Assembly: GCA_964514425.1 (NCBI GenBank)
Contig: CAZEQQ010000001.1
Span: forward strand, 1 to 27,178
Length of the DNA stretch: 27,178 nucleotides
Origin: an uncultured archaeon
GTDB lineage: Archaea; Asgardarchaeota; Heimdallarchaeia; Heimdallarchaeales; Heimdallarchaeaceae
Direction of reading: 5' to 3'
Below the pieces are notes generated by a model, which did no database searches, had not been told where the DNA came from, and worked only from the letters and a program-made list of their open reading frames with translations. Position 1 is the first letter of the stretch. Every line of letters starts with the position of its first letter. Positions 17,922 to 27,178 of this stretch are shown piece by piece. A program made the position numbers and the translations under genes.

Positions 17922-18359
17922 ATGGTATTAACTCTTATCCCCAAATTTGTTGCAGAGAGAGATTATGAATTTATTCATTTAGGGGGTATTGAGATTTGTG
18001 AAAATTGTTCTTTAAAAACTGTTTGTATCAATTCTATAAAAGTTCACCATAGCTATAAGGTAATTGAAGTTAGAAAGAAAGAGCATAAATGTCCAATTGA
18101 TGATAGTGTAATGCTTGTTTGTGATGTTCAAGAGACAAAAACTATCATTTCTGTATTAAATCAAAAATTTCTAGAAGGTATTGTTTTATCAAGAAAAAAG
18201 CTAGAATGTAATGAGACTTTGTGTGAGTATTACGAAAACTGCTTACATCCCTTATTTAATGAAGAAACAAAGGTCAAAGTAATGAAGATTATTAAAAAAA
18301 TAGATTGTCCACTAAATTACAATTTGATGTTAGTTGAAGTAAATAAAGAAGAGAAATAA
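17922..18359 (+). CDS. UPF0179-family Cys-rich protein
   Basis: MVLTLI, CENCSLKTVC, Y.V.EVR.KEH.CP, C...C..Y..C pattern. Confidence 0.8.
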   Translation: MVLTLIPKFVAERDYEFIHLGGIEICENCSLKTVCINSIKVHHSYKVIEVRKKEHKCPIDDSVMLVCDVQETKTIISVLNQKFLEGIVLSRKKLECNETLCEYYENCLHPLFNEETKVKVMKIIKKIDCPLNYNLMLVEVNKEEK

Positions 18360-18361
18360 CT

Positions 18362-19054
18362 TTAGCCTTGTTCAATAGTATATTTTTCAATAAATTCAAC
18401 TACTTCATAGTTTTTTGCAAAAGGCGCAATATCTCTTGTTACACCGTTTTTGATAAATTGGATATATTCCATAAAACGGGATTCTTTAGGTAATTCTACG
18501 ATTATTTTCTTTTTATCTAATTCTATCTTTGTTGTGGAAAAATCAAGACCAGGGAGACGCTTTTCAAGTAAAGCTATAAATTGCGCTTTGATATCGGTTA
18601 TGCATTGGATTATTTCGACTTCATATACCAAATCATGACCAGCTAAATCGTGATTAAAGTCTACCTTCACACGACTACTAGAAACTTTTAATATTCTCCC
18701 TTCTGATCCTCCTACCTCTACTTTCATATTCTCCTTTGGTTTAATTTGTAATCGTTGGAATTCACGTCTTTGAATTAACCGAATTTTTGACCTATCTTTT
18801 AATCCAAAACCCTTTTTTGCTTCAACAGTGAAGGTTTTCTTTTCATTTTCTTTCATTCCAATTAATTGTTCTTCCACACCTGGAGGCAACCAGTTTTTAC
18901 CAATTATAATAAGACAGGGAGTATAGAGAAGTTTTTCATCATAAATATCATGGGCTTTTGCTACACTTTCAATTGTTGTATCAAAAACGGAATTATCTTC
19001 CTTCTTCATTGCAGTATAATTAATTTTTACCATATCATTCATTGCCAAAGACAT
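18362..19054 (-). CDS. slyD: FKBP-type peptidyl-prolyl isomerase (long archaeal SlyD type)
   Basis: VKINYT, VFDTT, VDFNHDLAGHDLVYEVEI. Confidence 0.9.
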   Translation of the reverse strand: MSLAMNDMVKINYTAMKKEDNSVFDTTIESVAKAHDIYDEKLLYTPCLIIIGKNWLPPGVEEQLIGMKENEKKTFTVEAKKGFGLKDRSKIRLIQRREFQRLQIKPKENMKVEVGGSEGRILKVSSSRVKVDFNHDLAGHDLVYEVEIIQCITDIKAQFIALLEKRLPGLDFSTTKIELDKKKIIVELPKESRFMEYIQFIKNGVTRDIAPFAKNYEVVEFIEKYTIEQG

Positions 19055-19144
19055 TACAGCACCTATACAACTTCTACTTTCAATATCAAATAATCATTAA
19101 GGGTATATAAAGGCTAGGTTTTGGACGGTTTAGAAAGACTCTAT

Positions 19145-19795
19145 TTAGCGGTCTTCAAGTTGTTTAAGAAGAGAGTGAAAATCACTCGTAATTAAAGAAT
19201 CATTAATACCTTCAACAAAAATTCTAAGAAATAAAGTTCTTTCTTGTGCCATTTTTTTGGAAGATTCGAAGTGCATTAAGTGTTCTAGTTTTAATAGTTT
19301 ACTATAAAAATGCTCTATAATCTCATTCAAGTTCTTATTATGTTCAATACCATAGTGAATGACACGATATAAACCAATAGTTCCCAAAGCATCTAACATA
19401 TCGGCATCACGTAAAATTTTCCCTTCTATGCTTGAAGGAGTAAGGTTTTTACTGAATCTATGTGAAAGAATCGCGTCGCAAATATCGGGGATCATAACAG
19501 TTAAGTGCATTTTTTCTAAAATATCTTTTGCCATTTTTGCTCCTTCTTCTGCATGACATGACCCAGTTAACTTTTCCTTTTCTCTAGCAATATCGTGCAA
19601 TAAAGCAGCTATAACAACAATATCAACATTAGCTCCAATCTCTAGAGCAAGTGAGAGAGATAGTTCTGCTACACGGATAGTGTGTTCTAATGAATGGGAA
19701 GAAGGACATTGTACAAATTGTTCTTGTATAAGTTTGTAAATAGCTACAAGACTTTTCACAAAGTCTTCTTTAGTAGTAAAATATTTTAGTATCAT
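19145..19795 (-). CDS. HD-domain phosphohydrolase
   Basis: HSLEHTIRV, ALLHDI, HAEEGA, HRFS, DADMLDALG. Confidence 0.92.
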   Translation of the reverse strand: MILKYFTTKEDFVKSLVAIYKLIQEQFVQCPSSHSLEHTIRVAELSLSLALEIGANVDIVVIAALLHDIAREKEKLTGSCHAEEGAKMAKDILEKMHLTVMIPDICDAILSHRFSKNLTPSSIEGKILRDADMLDALGTIGLYRVIHYGIEHNKNLNEIIEHFYSKLLKLEHLMHFESSKKMAQERTLFLRIFVEGINDSLITSDFHSLLKQLEDR

Positions 19796-19807
19796 TCTTT
19801 CACCTAA

Positions 19808-20449
19808 TTATGAATAAAGGTTACATAACTCACCAGAAAGGGCAGAAGAGGTAATATCGACGATAGCATAATTACCTGTTGTTACAGGACCAGGATTAAT
19901 AATGGTATTAGAACCTAATTGTTGTAAGCATCGTGATTCGTGGATATGACCACAAACAGATAAAATAATGTTTTCAGAGTAGTCATCTATTAATTTTCTT
20001 ATATTCTTAGACCCTGCATGTTTATTCACTCCAACTAAATCTGCAAGAGTGTTATATGGAGGAGCATGAGTAAGAAGAAGAATTCTCTTTTTTTGTTTTT
20101 TTAATTTTTCAAAAATTGATAAATTAGGAAAAGGTTTATGGCCACTAATGCCCACAATACTAAAGAAAGATTCATGGATAAAAGAATTGTTTAAAAGCAA
20201 GCAATTCTGGATGTTAATAGTTTTAACCAAAGAATCGCAGTTACCAAGACAATAATAAATTTTAGGTATAAACTCTAAAATTTTCGCCATTATTATTATT
20301 GCGTCCTCACTTCCGCCAAAATTTGTTACATCACCAGCTATTAAGCAACAGTCAACTTTTGGTTTTAAAGTTTTTATTTTCTGCAATATTGCGTCCAATG
20401 TTATGATTTGGCTATGAATATCGGAGAGAAGAAGGAGTCTAAAAGACAT
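19808..20449 (-). CDS. Calcineurin-like metallophosphoesterase
   Basis: SDIH, AGDV, GNCD, THAPP, GHIHE, NPG. Confidence 0.93.
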   Translation of the reverse strand: MSFRLLLLSDIHSQIITLDAILQKIKTLKPKVDCCLIAGDVTNFGGSEDAIIIMAKILEFIPKIYYCLGNCDSLVKTINIQNCLLLNNSFIHESFFSIVGISGHKPFPNLSIFEKLKKQKKRILLLTHAPPYNTLADLVGVNKHAGSKNIRKLIDDYSENIILSVCGHIHESRCLQQLGSNTIINPGPVTTGNYAIVDITSSALSGELCNLYS

Positions 20450-20458
20450 GATAAAACC

Positions 20459-21088
20459 TCAGATATAGTGAGTAACTAATAAGAATGTAAATAATCCTGT
20501 ATATAGAAAGGTTCCAGATCGTGAGCTGTAGGCAAACAGTTCAAAAACAATGCTTATTTTTGCAGAATTCCCAAAAAGACTATGAAGAGTGTTATCAGCG
20601 TATAGATCAACTAATTGAGGGCCCCAAACGTGATCACCAGAAAAAATATCGACATTTTCTATATCACTGCGTTGCCCAAATGGTAAAATTTTCTCGAATT
20701 TTTTATCGTCGTAGAGTTTATAGTGTAGTTGTTCTGATATAGGGTGATGAGAACTTAATTCAACGTCTTGTCTAACTACAGTTATGCGAAGTTGATAATA
20801 CTTCACTGTTTGCTCGAAGTTTCTTACCATAAAGTAAACAGTTTCGTTGGTTCCACGATTAAGAACCTTAGGAAAACCCAAAGGCTCATATTGTTCTGCT
20901 TCTTCATTGAACATCAATAAAGATAACTCTGAGAAACCAGGATTGGAGGGAGGTAAAAGGGTAGCGAAAACTAACGCAATAATAAACATTACAGATAAAC
21001 CGATAGAAATAATTGTTAAAAAACCACGATTTTTGTTAAAATGTGATTTTATTTTATTTTGAAGGGATTTTTCCTTTTTTATGCCCAT
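20459..21088 (-). CDS. Membrane-anchored DUF1616-C-like protein
   Basis: N-terminal TM, then GFSELSLL, V.NFE....YY, FEL... Confidence 0.6.
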   Translation of the reverse strand: MGIKKEKSLQNKIKSHFNKNRGFLTIISIGLSVMFIIALVFATLLPPSNPGFSELSLLMFNEEAEQYEPLGFPKVLNRGTNETVYFMVRNFEQTVKYYQLRITVVRQDVELSSHHPISEQLHYKLYDDKKFEKILPFGQRSDIENVDIFSGDHVWGPQLVDLYADNTLHSLFGNSAKISIVFELFAYSSRSGTFLYTGLFTFLLVTHYI

Positions 21089-21606
21089 TATTCACCCCTC
21101 CTTTTTGATTCGTTCTTACCATTATATTTTATTTCCAATTCTCCATATGATTCTTGTTGTATCATCTTATACCAAGGGTAAATTTTTCTAATGAATAGCC
21201 AACTAAACGAGATATAGCCAAATATAGAGAGAAGACCAAAAATGACATAAAGAGCAATACTGCTTGTGTTCTTTGTGGTTATTTTGTTGCCTAATTCCGT
21301 ATTTATCTGATTTAAGGTATTTATTGCATCCAAAGCCAAAGTAAAAGATAGACTAAATGTGCCATTTCCATGGTATAATTTTGCAGTACTAATGTTCACC
21401 CTTATAATATCAACTTGTACTGCGTAAAATACAATATCTATACGCTTTTTAGAGGCTATTTCCAGAAGATGGATAGTTTCTTTTAGTTTTGTTTCAGCTT
21501 GTTTTATAGCTGCTTCACTTTCTATTGATGATTGTGATTGAGTTTTTGCTATAGGCAAGAAGACTATAAGGAAAAACAAAAGGAAAAAATAACTACTCTT
21601 TTTCAC
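21088..21606 (-). CDS. Signal-peptide protein with a helical ectodomain and C-terminal TM
   Basis: Hydrophobic N-terminus, Ala-rich helices, TM at the C-terminus; TAATG coupling to the next gene. Confidence 0.7.
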   Translation of the reverse strand: MKKSSYFFLLFFLIVFLPIAKTQSQSSIESEAAIKQAETKLKETIHLLEIASKKRIDIVFYAVQVDIIRVNISTAKLYHGNGTFSLSFTLALDAINTLNQINTELGNKITTKNTSSIALYVIFGLLSIFGYISFSWLFIRKIYPWYKMIQQESYGELEIKYNGKNESKRRGE

Positions 21607-22270
21607 TTTTTTCAGCTCTTTTAGTTTTACTCAAAACAACATTTTTTACATTTTTAGTAAAAGAATTTAAAATATTTTTCGAGATGAGAATACGTATGAA
21701 GGAGGATAGAAGAAGGCAAAAAACTGTAAATAAACTTAGAACTGTAGCTATAGGGATAGCAGAGATTTCCCATATATCATTCAATAATAACGCAAAAAGG
21801 ATGGTGACAACTACACTTCCACCAAAAGCTAACATAGATCTTTCAAACTGGTCTATTTTTTCGTAAAGTTGCGGAAAAAGAAGATTAATTAAGACCCAAC
21901 CTGGAATAAAGAGTGTGAAAAGTAAACCCATCACAAGTCTGATAAATTGTAAAAAACCATATTCTGGGAAGTACAAGGCGACCAAAATAAACACTGATGT
22001 AATTGTTACTATTCCCCAAAATTCTATAGCAAAGTAATTAAGTGAGAAAAAAAACTTTCTAATCGAAGAAGGAATAAAACGCTCATAGTTGGGTGAACCT
22101 AGGATTATATCTCCTACTTCCTCCATTTCTTTTATCACAGAATAAATAACAGATTTCTCTACCTCAATTTCTTCTTTTGTAAAATCAACCAATTTGCTTA
22201 CAGTTGTCGGTTTTTCTTTCTCTAAAACTTGTAAAACAACTTCTCTTATTTTTTCTGTCTTTATGCTCAT
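21593..22270 (-). CDS. DUF1616-N-like membrane protein with an N-terminal winged-helix-like segment
   Basis: R...GLLF.LFIPGW.LI.LLFP, ID.FER..L..G.SV; soluble N-terminus IREVVLQVLEKEKPTTV. Confidence 0.7.
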   Translation of the reverse strand: MSIKTEKIREVVLQVLEKEKPTTVSKLVDFTKEEIEVEKSVIYSVIKEMEEVGDIILGSPNYERFIPSSIRKFFFSLNYFAIEFWGIVTITSVFILVALYFPEYGFLQFIRLVMGLLFTLFIPGWVLINLLFPQLYEKIDQFERSMLAFGGSVVVTILFALLLNDIWEISAIPIATVLSLFTVFCLLLSSFIRILISKNILNSFTKNVKNVVLSKTKRAEKSEKE

Positions 22271-22328
22271 TACTACTCTAATTTAAAAGAAAAAAAGGGA
22301 TAAAATAAAGTTTTTTGCTTGATAAAAA

Positions 22329-24821
22329 CTATAATTCACTTAATAGTTTTTTTAAGGCATCAACCTTATCTGTTCGTTCCCAAGTAAATTCAGGTTCAGT
22401 ACGACCAAAATGTCCATATGCAGCTGTTTTTTTGAATATTGGACGTTTCAAGTCAAGTTCAGCGATTATATGACCAGGACGAAAATCAAAAACTTTATTC
22501 ACTAAAAAGTGTATTTTTGCAAGTTCTATTTTCTCTGTACCAAAACAGTCAATATTAATTGACAAAGGAATAGGCTCCCCTATAGCATATGAAACCTGTA
22601 TTTCACACTTTTCTGCCAGTTCTGCAGCAACAATATTCTTTGCTGCATAACGAGCATAGTAAGAAGCAGAACGATCCACTTTTGAAGCATCTTTACCAGA
22701 GTTATGACAGATGAAACCATTCGCGGTAAAAGTATGCATTCCTGGAACCTCAAAATCATAAACATGAGTTCGTCCTTTAGAGATACTTTTTATTTGTGTA
22801 TAATAGTGATTAAATACATAGAAACTTTTTAAGTTTTCATAATCCAAATCGCCTTCAAATTTATCTTTGTAAGTATCTAAGAATTCAATTAGTTTTGTAT
22901 AAGTCAAGTTTTTTGTCCCTTTAGAACTTGGATTTCTTAACCATCGTCCTATATTTGCATTATCCGCTTGATGTTCTTTTGAAGACAATTTATCCCATAG
23001 TCGTTTTACTCGTAATCTTTGGTGAGGAATAATTTTGAAGTCTTGTTTTAACGACAGATCAACAGAATTCAAAATTATAGCCTTTCTAGGTAATCTAAAG
23101 CCAATATGTTTTTGGAAAAGTTTTACGCTTGAACTACCTTTAATTCTTAGATGATAACGCATTCTTTTTGGATGAATCTGTCTCCCTTGAATAAAATAAG
23201 TATATTTTCTTGGATCAATACTCTGAATAGCACTTACAATATCAAAATTCAACAACAATTGTTGCGTTTGTTTTATAAGAGGTAAGGAAGTAGATGCTAA
23301 ATTTATTTCAATAGAGTTCATATTCCTACCTGTTTTTCTAACAGTACCATCTGTATCAAATAAACCTTGGAGAAATGCTGCAACGACAGGTTTAGGAGAG
23401 GTAAATACACTTTTGGGTATTTGCTTTTGCCAAGAGCGCTGATAATCTAATCCCATATGATAAAGATATGCTCTTAACTCTACACCACAATAATGTGCCC
23501 AATGACCAAAAATTTTACCTTCATCACCGAAGAGTCTTCTGTATAGGTTTTGGACAATAATTTTCATCTCATCATCGCAAACACATACTTGGACACCATC
23601 CTTTGAAGTACATCTACCATCACCTATCAACAATCCCATCAAATAGCTATAATCTTCTGTAAGAGTGTCTGGAAAGTTAAATTCATTGCTACGGAAGGTT
23701 CCTTCTTTATGTTCAAAATCGAATTGAATTTTGTGTTGAGAGCCAAATAATCTATTTTTTTTCTGAATAGCTATCCAATCATCAGGTTCTAGGGAATCTA
23801 ATCTTCTCCAAATATAATTTCCGTTCTTATCTATAACACGTATATTTTGATTTTCTGTACCTTCTAAACGATATCCATCTAATGTTTCAACAATTATGGT
23901 GGTCATTTCACCATTATCAATCCATCTGCCTAGAGGTGTAGGTGAGATATCAGTTTTTATTAATGTACCTTCCTCTACATTACTGAGTTCTGAAATTGGC
24001 TTGGTACCATATTCATAATTAACTAAAGAATCTCCTGAAATGCAAAACGCTCCTCCACCATGGTTTTCAACACCATGAGAGTCTACAATGATTTTTCTTC
24101 CTGTTAGTCCAGAGTCGCCATGTGGCCCTCCAACAACAAACTTACCTGTACGGTTGATATAGATTTTAGTTTTATCATCCACTAAGTCCATTGGAATAAC
24201 TTGTTTTATGACATGTTCCATTATACCTTTCTCAATTTCTTCATGGTTCACATCTTCTGTATGCTGAGCTGCAACAACTATTGCGTTGATTCTAGATATT
24301 TTACCGTTAGTGTATTCAATAGAAACCAAACTTTTACCATCGGGTCGTAAAAATGGTAATAAGTTACTCTTTCTAGCTATTGCAAGTTGTTTTGTTAATT
24401 TATGTGCAAGAACTGTAGCAAGAGGCAAATATTCGGGAGTTTCGTTACAAGCATATCCAACCATAATTCCTTGGTCGCCAGCTCCTTGAGTATCAAGTGA
24501 ATCTCTTACTACGCCTTGTGCTATGTCAGGAGATTGAGAGTGAATTACATTAAGGATAGCACAGCCTCTATAATCGAAACCAATGGAAGAGTCATCGTAG
24601 CCTATCTCTTTTATCATTTCTCTTACAATGTGCTGATAATCTATGGCTATTGGTTTAGTTGTGCTTATCTCTCCTCCAATTAATACTAGTCCTGTTGTAA
24701 CAAAAGTTTCACAAGCTACATGAGCATCAGGGTCACTTTGTAAAATCGCATCAAGGATAGCATCAGAAATTTGATCAGCTACTTTATCAGGATGTCCCTC
24801 AGTAACAGATTCTGAAGTCAA
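22329..24821 (-). CDS. metK: Methionine adenosyltransferase (bacterial/eukaryotic type), intein-containing; the real start may be ATT at 24839
   Basis: [35 protein letters not shown]|SGKD split by the intein, TAAYGHFGR; spliced length 382 aa from TTG. Confidence 0.97.
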   Translation of the reverse strand: MTSESVTEGHPDKVADQISDAILDAILQSDPDAHVACETFVTTGLVLIGGEISTTKPIAIDYQHIVREMIKEIGYDDSSIGFDYRGCAILNVIHSQSPDIAQGVVRDSLDTQGAGDQGIMVGYACNETPEYLPLATVLAHKLTKQLAIARKSNLLPFLRPDGKSLVSIEYTNGKISRINAIVVAAQHTEDVNHEEIEKGIMEHVIKQVIPMDLVDDKTKIYINRTGKFVVGGPHGDSGLTGRKIIVDSHGVENHGGGAFCISGDSLVNYEYGTKPISELSNVEEGTLIKTDISPTPLGRWIDNGEMTTIIVETLDGYRLEGTENQNIRVIDKNGNYIWRRLDSLEPDDWIAIQKKNRLFGSQHKIQFDFEHKEGTFRSNEFNFPDTLTEDYSYLMGLLIGDGRCTSKDGVQVCVCDDEMKIIVQNLYRRLFGDEGKIFGHWAHYCGVELRAYLYHMGLDYQRSWQKQIPKSVFTSPKPVVAAFLQGLFDTDGTVRKTGRNMNSIEINLASTSLPLIKQTQQLLLNFDIVSAIQSIDPRKYTYFIQGRQIHPKRMRYHLRIKGSSSVKLFQKHIGFRLPRKAIILNSVDLSLKQDFKIIPHQRLRVKRLWDKLSSKEHQADNANIGRWLRNPSSKGTKNLTYTKLIEFLDTYKDKFEGDLDYENLKSFYVFNHYYTQIKSISKGRTHVYDFEVPGMHTFTANGFICHNSGKDASKVDRSASYYARYAAKNIVAAELAEKCEIQVSYAIGEPIPLSINIDCFGTEKIELAKIHFLVNKVFDFRPGHIIAELDLKRPIFKKTAAYGHFGRTEPEFTWERTDKVDALKKLLSEL
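22701..24044 (-). mobile_element. 448-aa intein with a LAGLIDADG homing endonuclease
   Basis: Starts with Cys (CISGDS), ends His-Asn with Ser at +1; [10 protein letters not shown] and [10 protein letters not shown] motifs; block F VYDFEV. Confidence 0.96.
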
Positions 24822-24925
24822 ATAAGTTATATTGCTAATTTTTACCCACCTAGTCTAGTTTGTATGGGAGTTTTAACTAATCTTTAAAAATAGTTCGATT
24901 TTAAGAAAAATGGGATAATAGTGTT

Positions 24926-25564
24926 TTAGCCCAAACGCCCAATTTCGTTAATTTCAGTGATTAAACTTTCTTTGGAGGGTGTGCTAGCAGGATTAATACT
25001 TTTTGCACTATGAGACAGTCGTGTTGCAAGTTTATCAATTTCATACAAAGTTTTATGACTTTGACCCTTTTCTACGAGAAGATCACGTAACATAATTAGA
25101 TTTTCGACTATGCGGTGCAAATCTTGATGAAGATTTTCACTTGCTTTGATTAATTCAATAATTCGAGTTAAACCGTCATTTAATGATGATATTTTGATTT
25201 TAAATACTCGATTTAGATGATCTTTTATATCATCGGCAATCTTACTTTCTTTTTCTTCTTTTGTAATGGCCCCAGGTAAAGGATATTTGGCAACAAGTGC
25301 AGAACTCAGATTTCTTAGAGTATTTTCCATTATTTCGGGTGATTCAATTTCTGCTAAAAGATGAATGAGGTGGGACTTAATGAGGATTTTGCGTTCGTTT
25401 TTCTTTAAATAAACCACTTCTTCTTTAGATAAAACACTGTTGTTCTGTAGACGATCCACAACTTCTTTGAAACTTTTTCTATCTCCTTTTCCAGCCCAAT
25501 AAGAAGAATCAAGATTAGTTCTTAATTTCTCTACAATTGAATCAATTTTGGAAATCTTTGCCAT
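24926..25564 (-). CDS. Hypothetical soluble alpha-helical protein
   Basis: 212-aa ORF with protein-like composition; no family recognised. Confidence 0.7.
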   Translation of the reverse strand: MAKISKIDSIVEKLRTNLDSSYWAGKGDRKSFKEVVDRLQNNSVLSKEEVVYLKKNERKILIKSHLIHLLAEIESPEIMENTLRNLSSALVAKYPLPGAITKEEKESKIADDIKDHLNRVFKIKISSLNDGLTRIIELIKASENLHQDLHRIVENLIMLRDLLVEKGQSHKTLYEIDKLATRLSHSAKSINPASTPSKESLITEINEIGRLG

Positions 25565-25666
25565 AATTATCTATTTAAATTTCTTTTAATAGTTAATAAA
25601 ACTTCTCCAAAAACTTATCATATACAATAGACCACAATAATTTTAAAACCAGATTGTAAATTAGAA

Positions 25667-26428
25667 ATGATTATAATGGAAGACACTGTCGGAGTATTAT
25701 TTTGTGGTGGAGAAGGAACTAGAATGAGGCCCTATTCCTACATTTTCCAGAAGGTTATGATGCCTCTTGGAAATGATCAAAAACCGATATTAGAGTATAT
25801 TATTAAACATTTTAAGAATCATGGAATCAAGGATCTTATTCTCCTTGTAAACTATAAAAAGGAACAAATACAAGGATATTTTGGCGACGGTAGTCAGCTT
25901 GGTGTTAATATTGAGTATGTTGTAGATAAACCCGGACCAATAGGAACAGGAACTGCATTGCTTAATGCTGAAAATATAATAAAAAACAGAAGAATGATTA
26001 TTTTTTATTCAGATATAATAACTAATGTAAACTTCAGTGAAATGCTCAACTATCACAGAAAACATGGGAAACTTGCTACTGTGTTATTATCCAAAGGGAT
26101 GCAAATCAGAGTAGGAATTGCAGAAGTCAATGAAAAAAATGAGGTTACTGAATTCAAAGAGAAACCCATCATTCCTTTAATAGTTAATACAGGAATAAGT
26201 ATTTTAGAGCCTAAAGTATTTGAGTATTTAACAGAATTTGATTCAACTAAAAGTATAGACTTATCCAAAGATATTTTCCCGAGGTTTGTTAGCTTACATG
26301 AAATGATGGGATATGAAGAAAACAATTTGTATTGGGAAGATATAGGATCAGTAGAAAGATATGAAAAACTCGATCATAAAATGATTTCAGAGATTATGCA
26401 AATCAATAAAAGTGAGGAAACACAATGA
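25667..26428 (+). CDS. NDP-sugar pyrophosphorylase / nucleotidyltransferase
   Basis: CGGEGTRMRPYS..FQK, GDGSQLGVNIEY, GTGTAL, EKP, WEDIG. Confidence 0.92.
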   Translation: MIIMEDTVGVLFCGGEGTRMRPYSYIFQKVMMPLGNDQKPILEYIIKHFKNHGIKDLILLVNYKKEQIQGYFGDGSQLGVNIEYVVDKPGPIGTGTALLNAENIIKNRRMIIFYSDIITNVNFSEMLNYHRKHGKLATVLLSKGMQIRVGIAEVNEKNEVTEFKEKPIIPLIVNTGISILEPKVFEYLTEFDSTKSIDLSKDIFPRFVSLHEMMGYEENNLYWEDIGSVERYEKLDHKMISEIMQINKSEETQ

Positions 26429-26820
26429 AACACAGACTTATGGATCTTTTAGCATGTCCTATTGATAAATCATGGCCAGTTAAATTGAAAATTGAAAAAG
26501 AAACTTGTGAAGAAAAAGAAAATCTTATTCCCAAGGCTAATGAAAGCACAGGTGTGGTTTGCAGATATTATTGTAATTTTAAAAACTTCTTTTTAGTTAT
26601 AAATGATGAAAATGAAGAGGAGAAAGCAAAAGAAAAAAAAGTCATTGCGGATACAGTAACTATAGAAGATTGTAAAAAATGTTTCCAAATTGAGATAATA
26701 GAAGGGACTATAACTTGCGTAAAAAATCCAGATGAACACTATTTTGAAATCAAAGAAAGTATTCCGGTTATGTTAACGACAAAACAAAAAGAAGAGATAT
26801 TTGGAAAAAGGAGAAAATAG
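26425..26820 (+). CDS. trm112: Trm112-like methyltransferase activator (long form with Cys-rich insert)
   Basis: MKHRLMDLLACP...IIEGTITC...FEIKESIPVML; ATGA overlap with the upstream gene. Confidence 0.82.
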   Translation: MKHRLMDLLACPIDKSWPVKLKIEKETCEEKENLIPKANESTGVVCRYYCNFKNFFLVINDENEEEKAKEKKVIADTVTIEDCKKCFQIEIIEGTITCVKNPDEHYFEIKESIPVMLTTKQKEEIFGKRRK

Positions 26821-26848
26821 GATAGAATAGAAGCAAAAATAGTATAGT

Positions 26849-27178
26849 TTAATTTTCCTTTGAATTTTTTTGTACTCGTTTTAAGTGAAGAAAGGTGAAA
26901 TGTCCAATCTCAACCGCTATCCCTAACCCAAATAAAACATTAATTGCAAGTAATTGAGGCCGGATGACATCAAAAAATGCTATTTTAGTTTGAAGAACTA
27001 AAAATAATATGAAGCCTAGCACAACTAATAAAATCATCGAAAGTTGTAGCCTTTCAAGTTTATTAAAGTAAAATAGTTTAAGTGGGGTTAATGTTTCTTC
27101 TTTCTCCATTTGAGGGGCTATAATCGTTTCCTTTTCAGTTTCTGTTACAGGTTCCTTTTCAGTTTCTGTTACAGGTTC
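26849..27178 (-). CDS. Partial (5'-truncated) membrane protein with an acidic repeat and two C-terminal TM helices
   Basis: The frame is open from the window edge (EPVTETEKEPVTETEKETIIAPQ-MEKEE...), so Met 27109 is probably internal. Confidence 0.75.
   Translation of the reverse strand, partial: EPVTETEKEPVTETEKETIIAPQMEKEETLTPLKLFYFNKLERLQLSMILLVVLGFILFLVLQTKIAFFDVIRPQLLAINVLFGLGIAVEIGHFTFLHLKRVQKNSKEN
27128..27178. repeat. 24-bp coding tandem repeat (EPVTETEK)
   Basis: TTCCTTTTCAGTTTCTGTTACAGG x2 plus TTC, cut by the window end. Confidence 0.92.

Noticed and set aside
850-22765. Many 60-160-aa ORFs in the track (e.g. 850, 1127, 4747, 5765, 6793, 8692, 9151, 9976, 12263, 12650, 14704, 17118, 20521, 22580)
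   Set aside because: They are antisense or alternative-frame shadows of well-supported genes, without coding-like motifs.

Overview
AT-rich archaeal chromosomal contig, most likely from an Asgard archaeon (Heimdallarchaeia-like). This is inferred from the combination of eS26, aCPSF1/FttA, NIP7-like, long Trm112, aSelBL, a presenilin-like protease and GGTGA ribosome-binding sites; no database search was run. Gene content is mostly housekeeping: translation, RNA modification, enolase, ThiL and SAM synthesis. Both ends break inside in-frame coding tandem repeats. No rRNA, tRNA, CRISPR array or transposase was seen. The most interesting items are: (1) an unannotated cassette at about 2650-3090 with a 4-codon leader ORF and two paralogous 38/39-aa microproteins bracketed by hairpins; (2) a 605-aa soluble protein whose N-terminus resembles the mu-homology domain of eukaryotic vesicle-coat adaptors; (3) a bacterial/eukaryotic-type MetK carrying a 448-aa LAGLIDADG intein that lacks the block-B His, with a probable AUU start codon; (4) a SHOCT-like plus bactofilin-like beta-helix protein.
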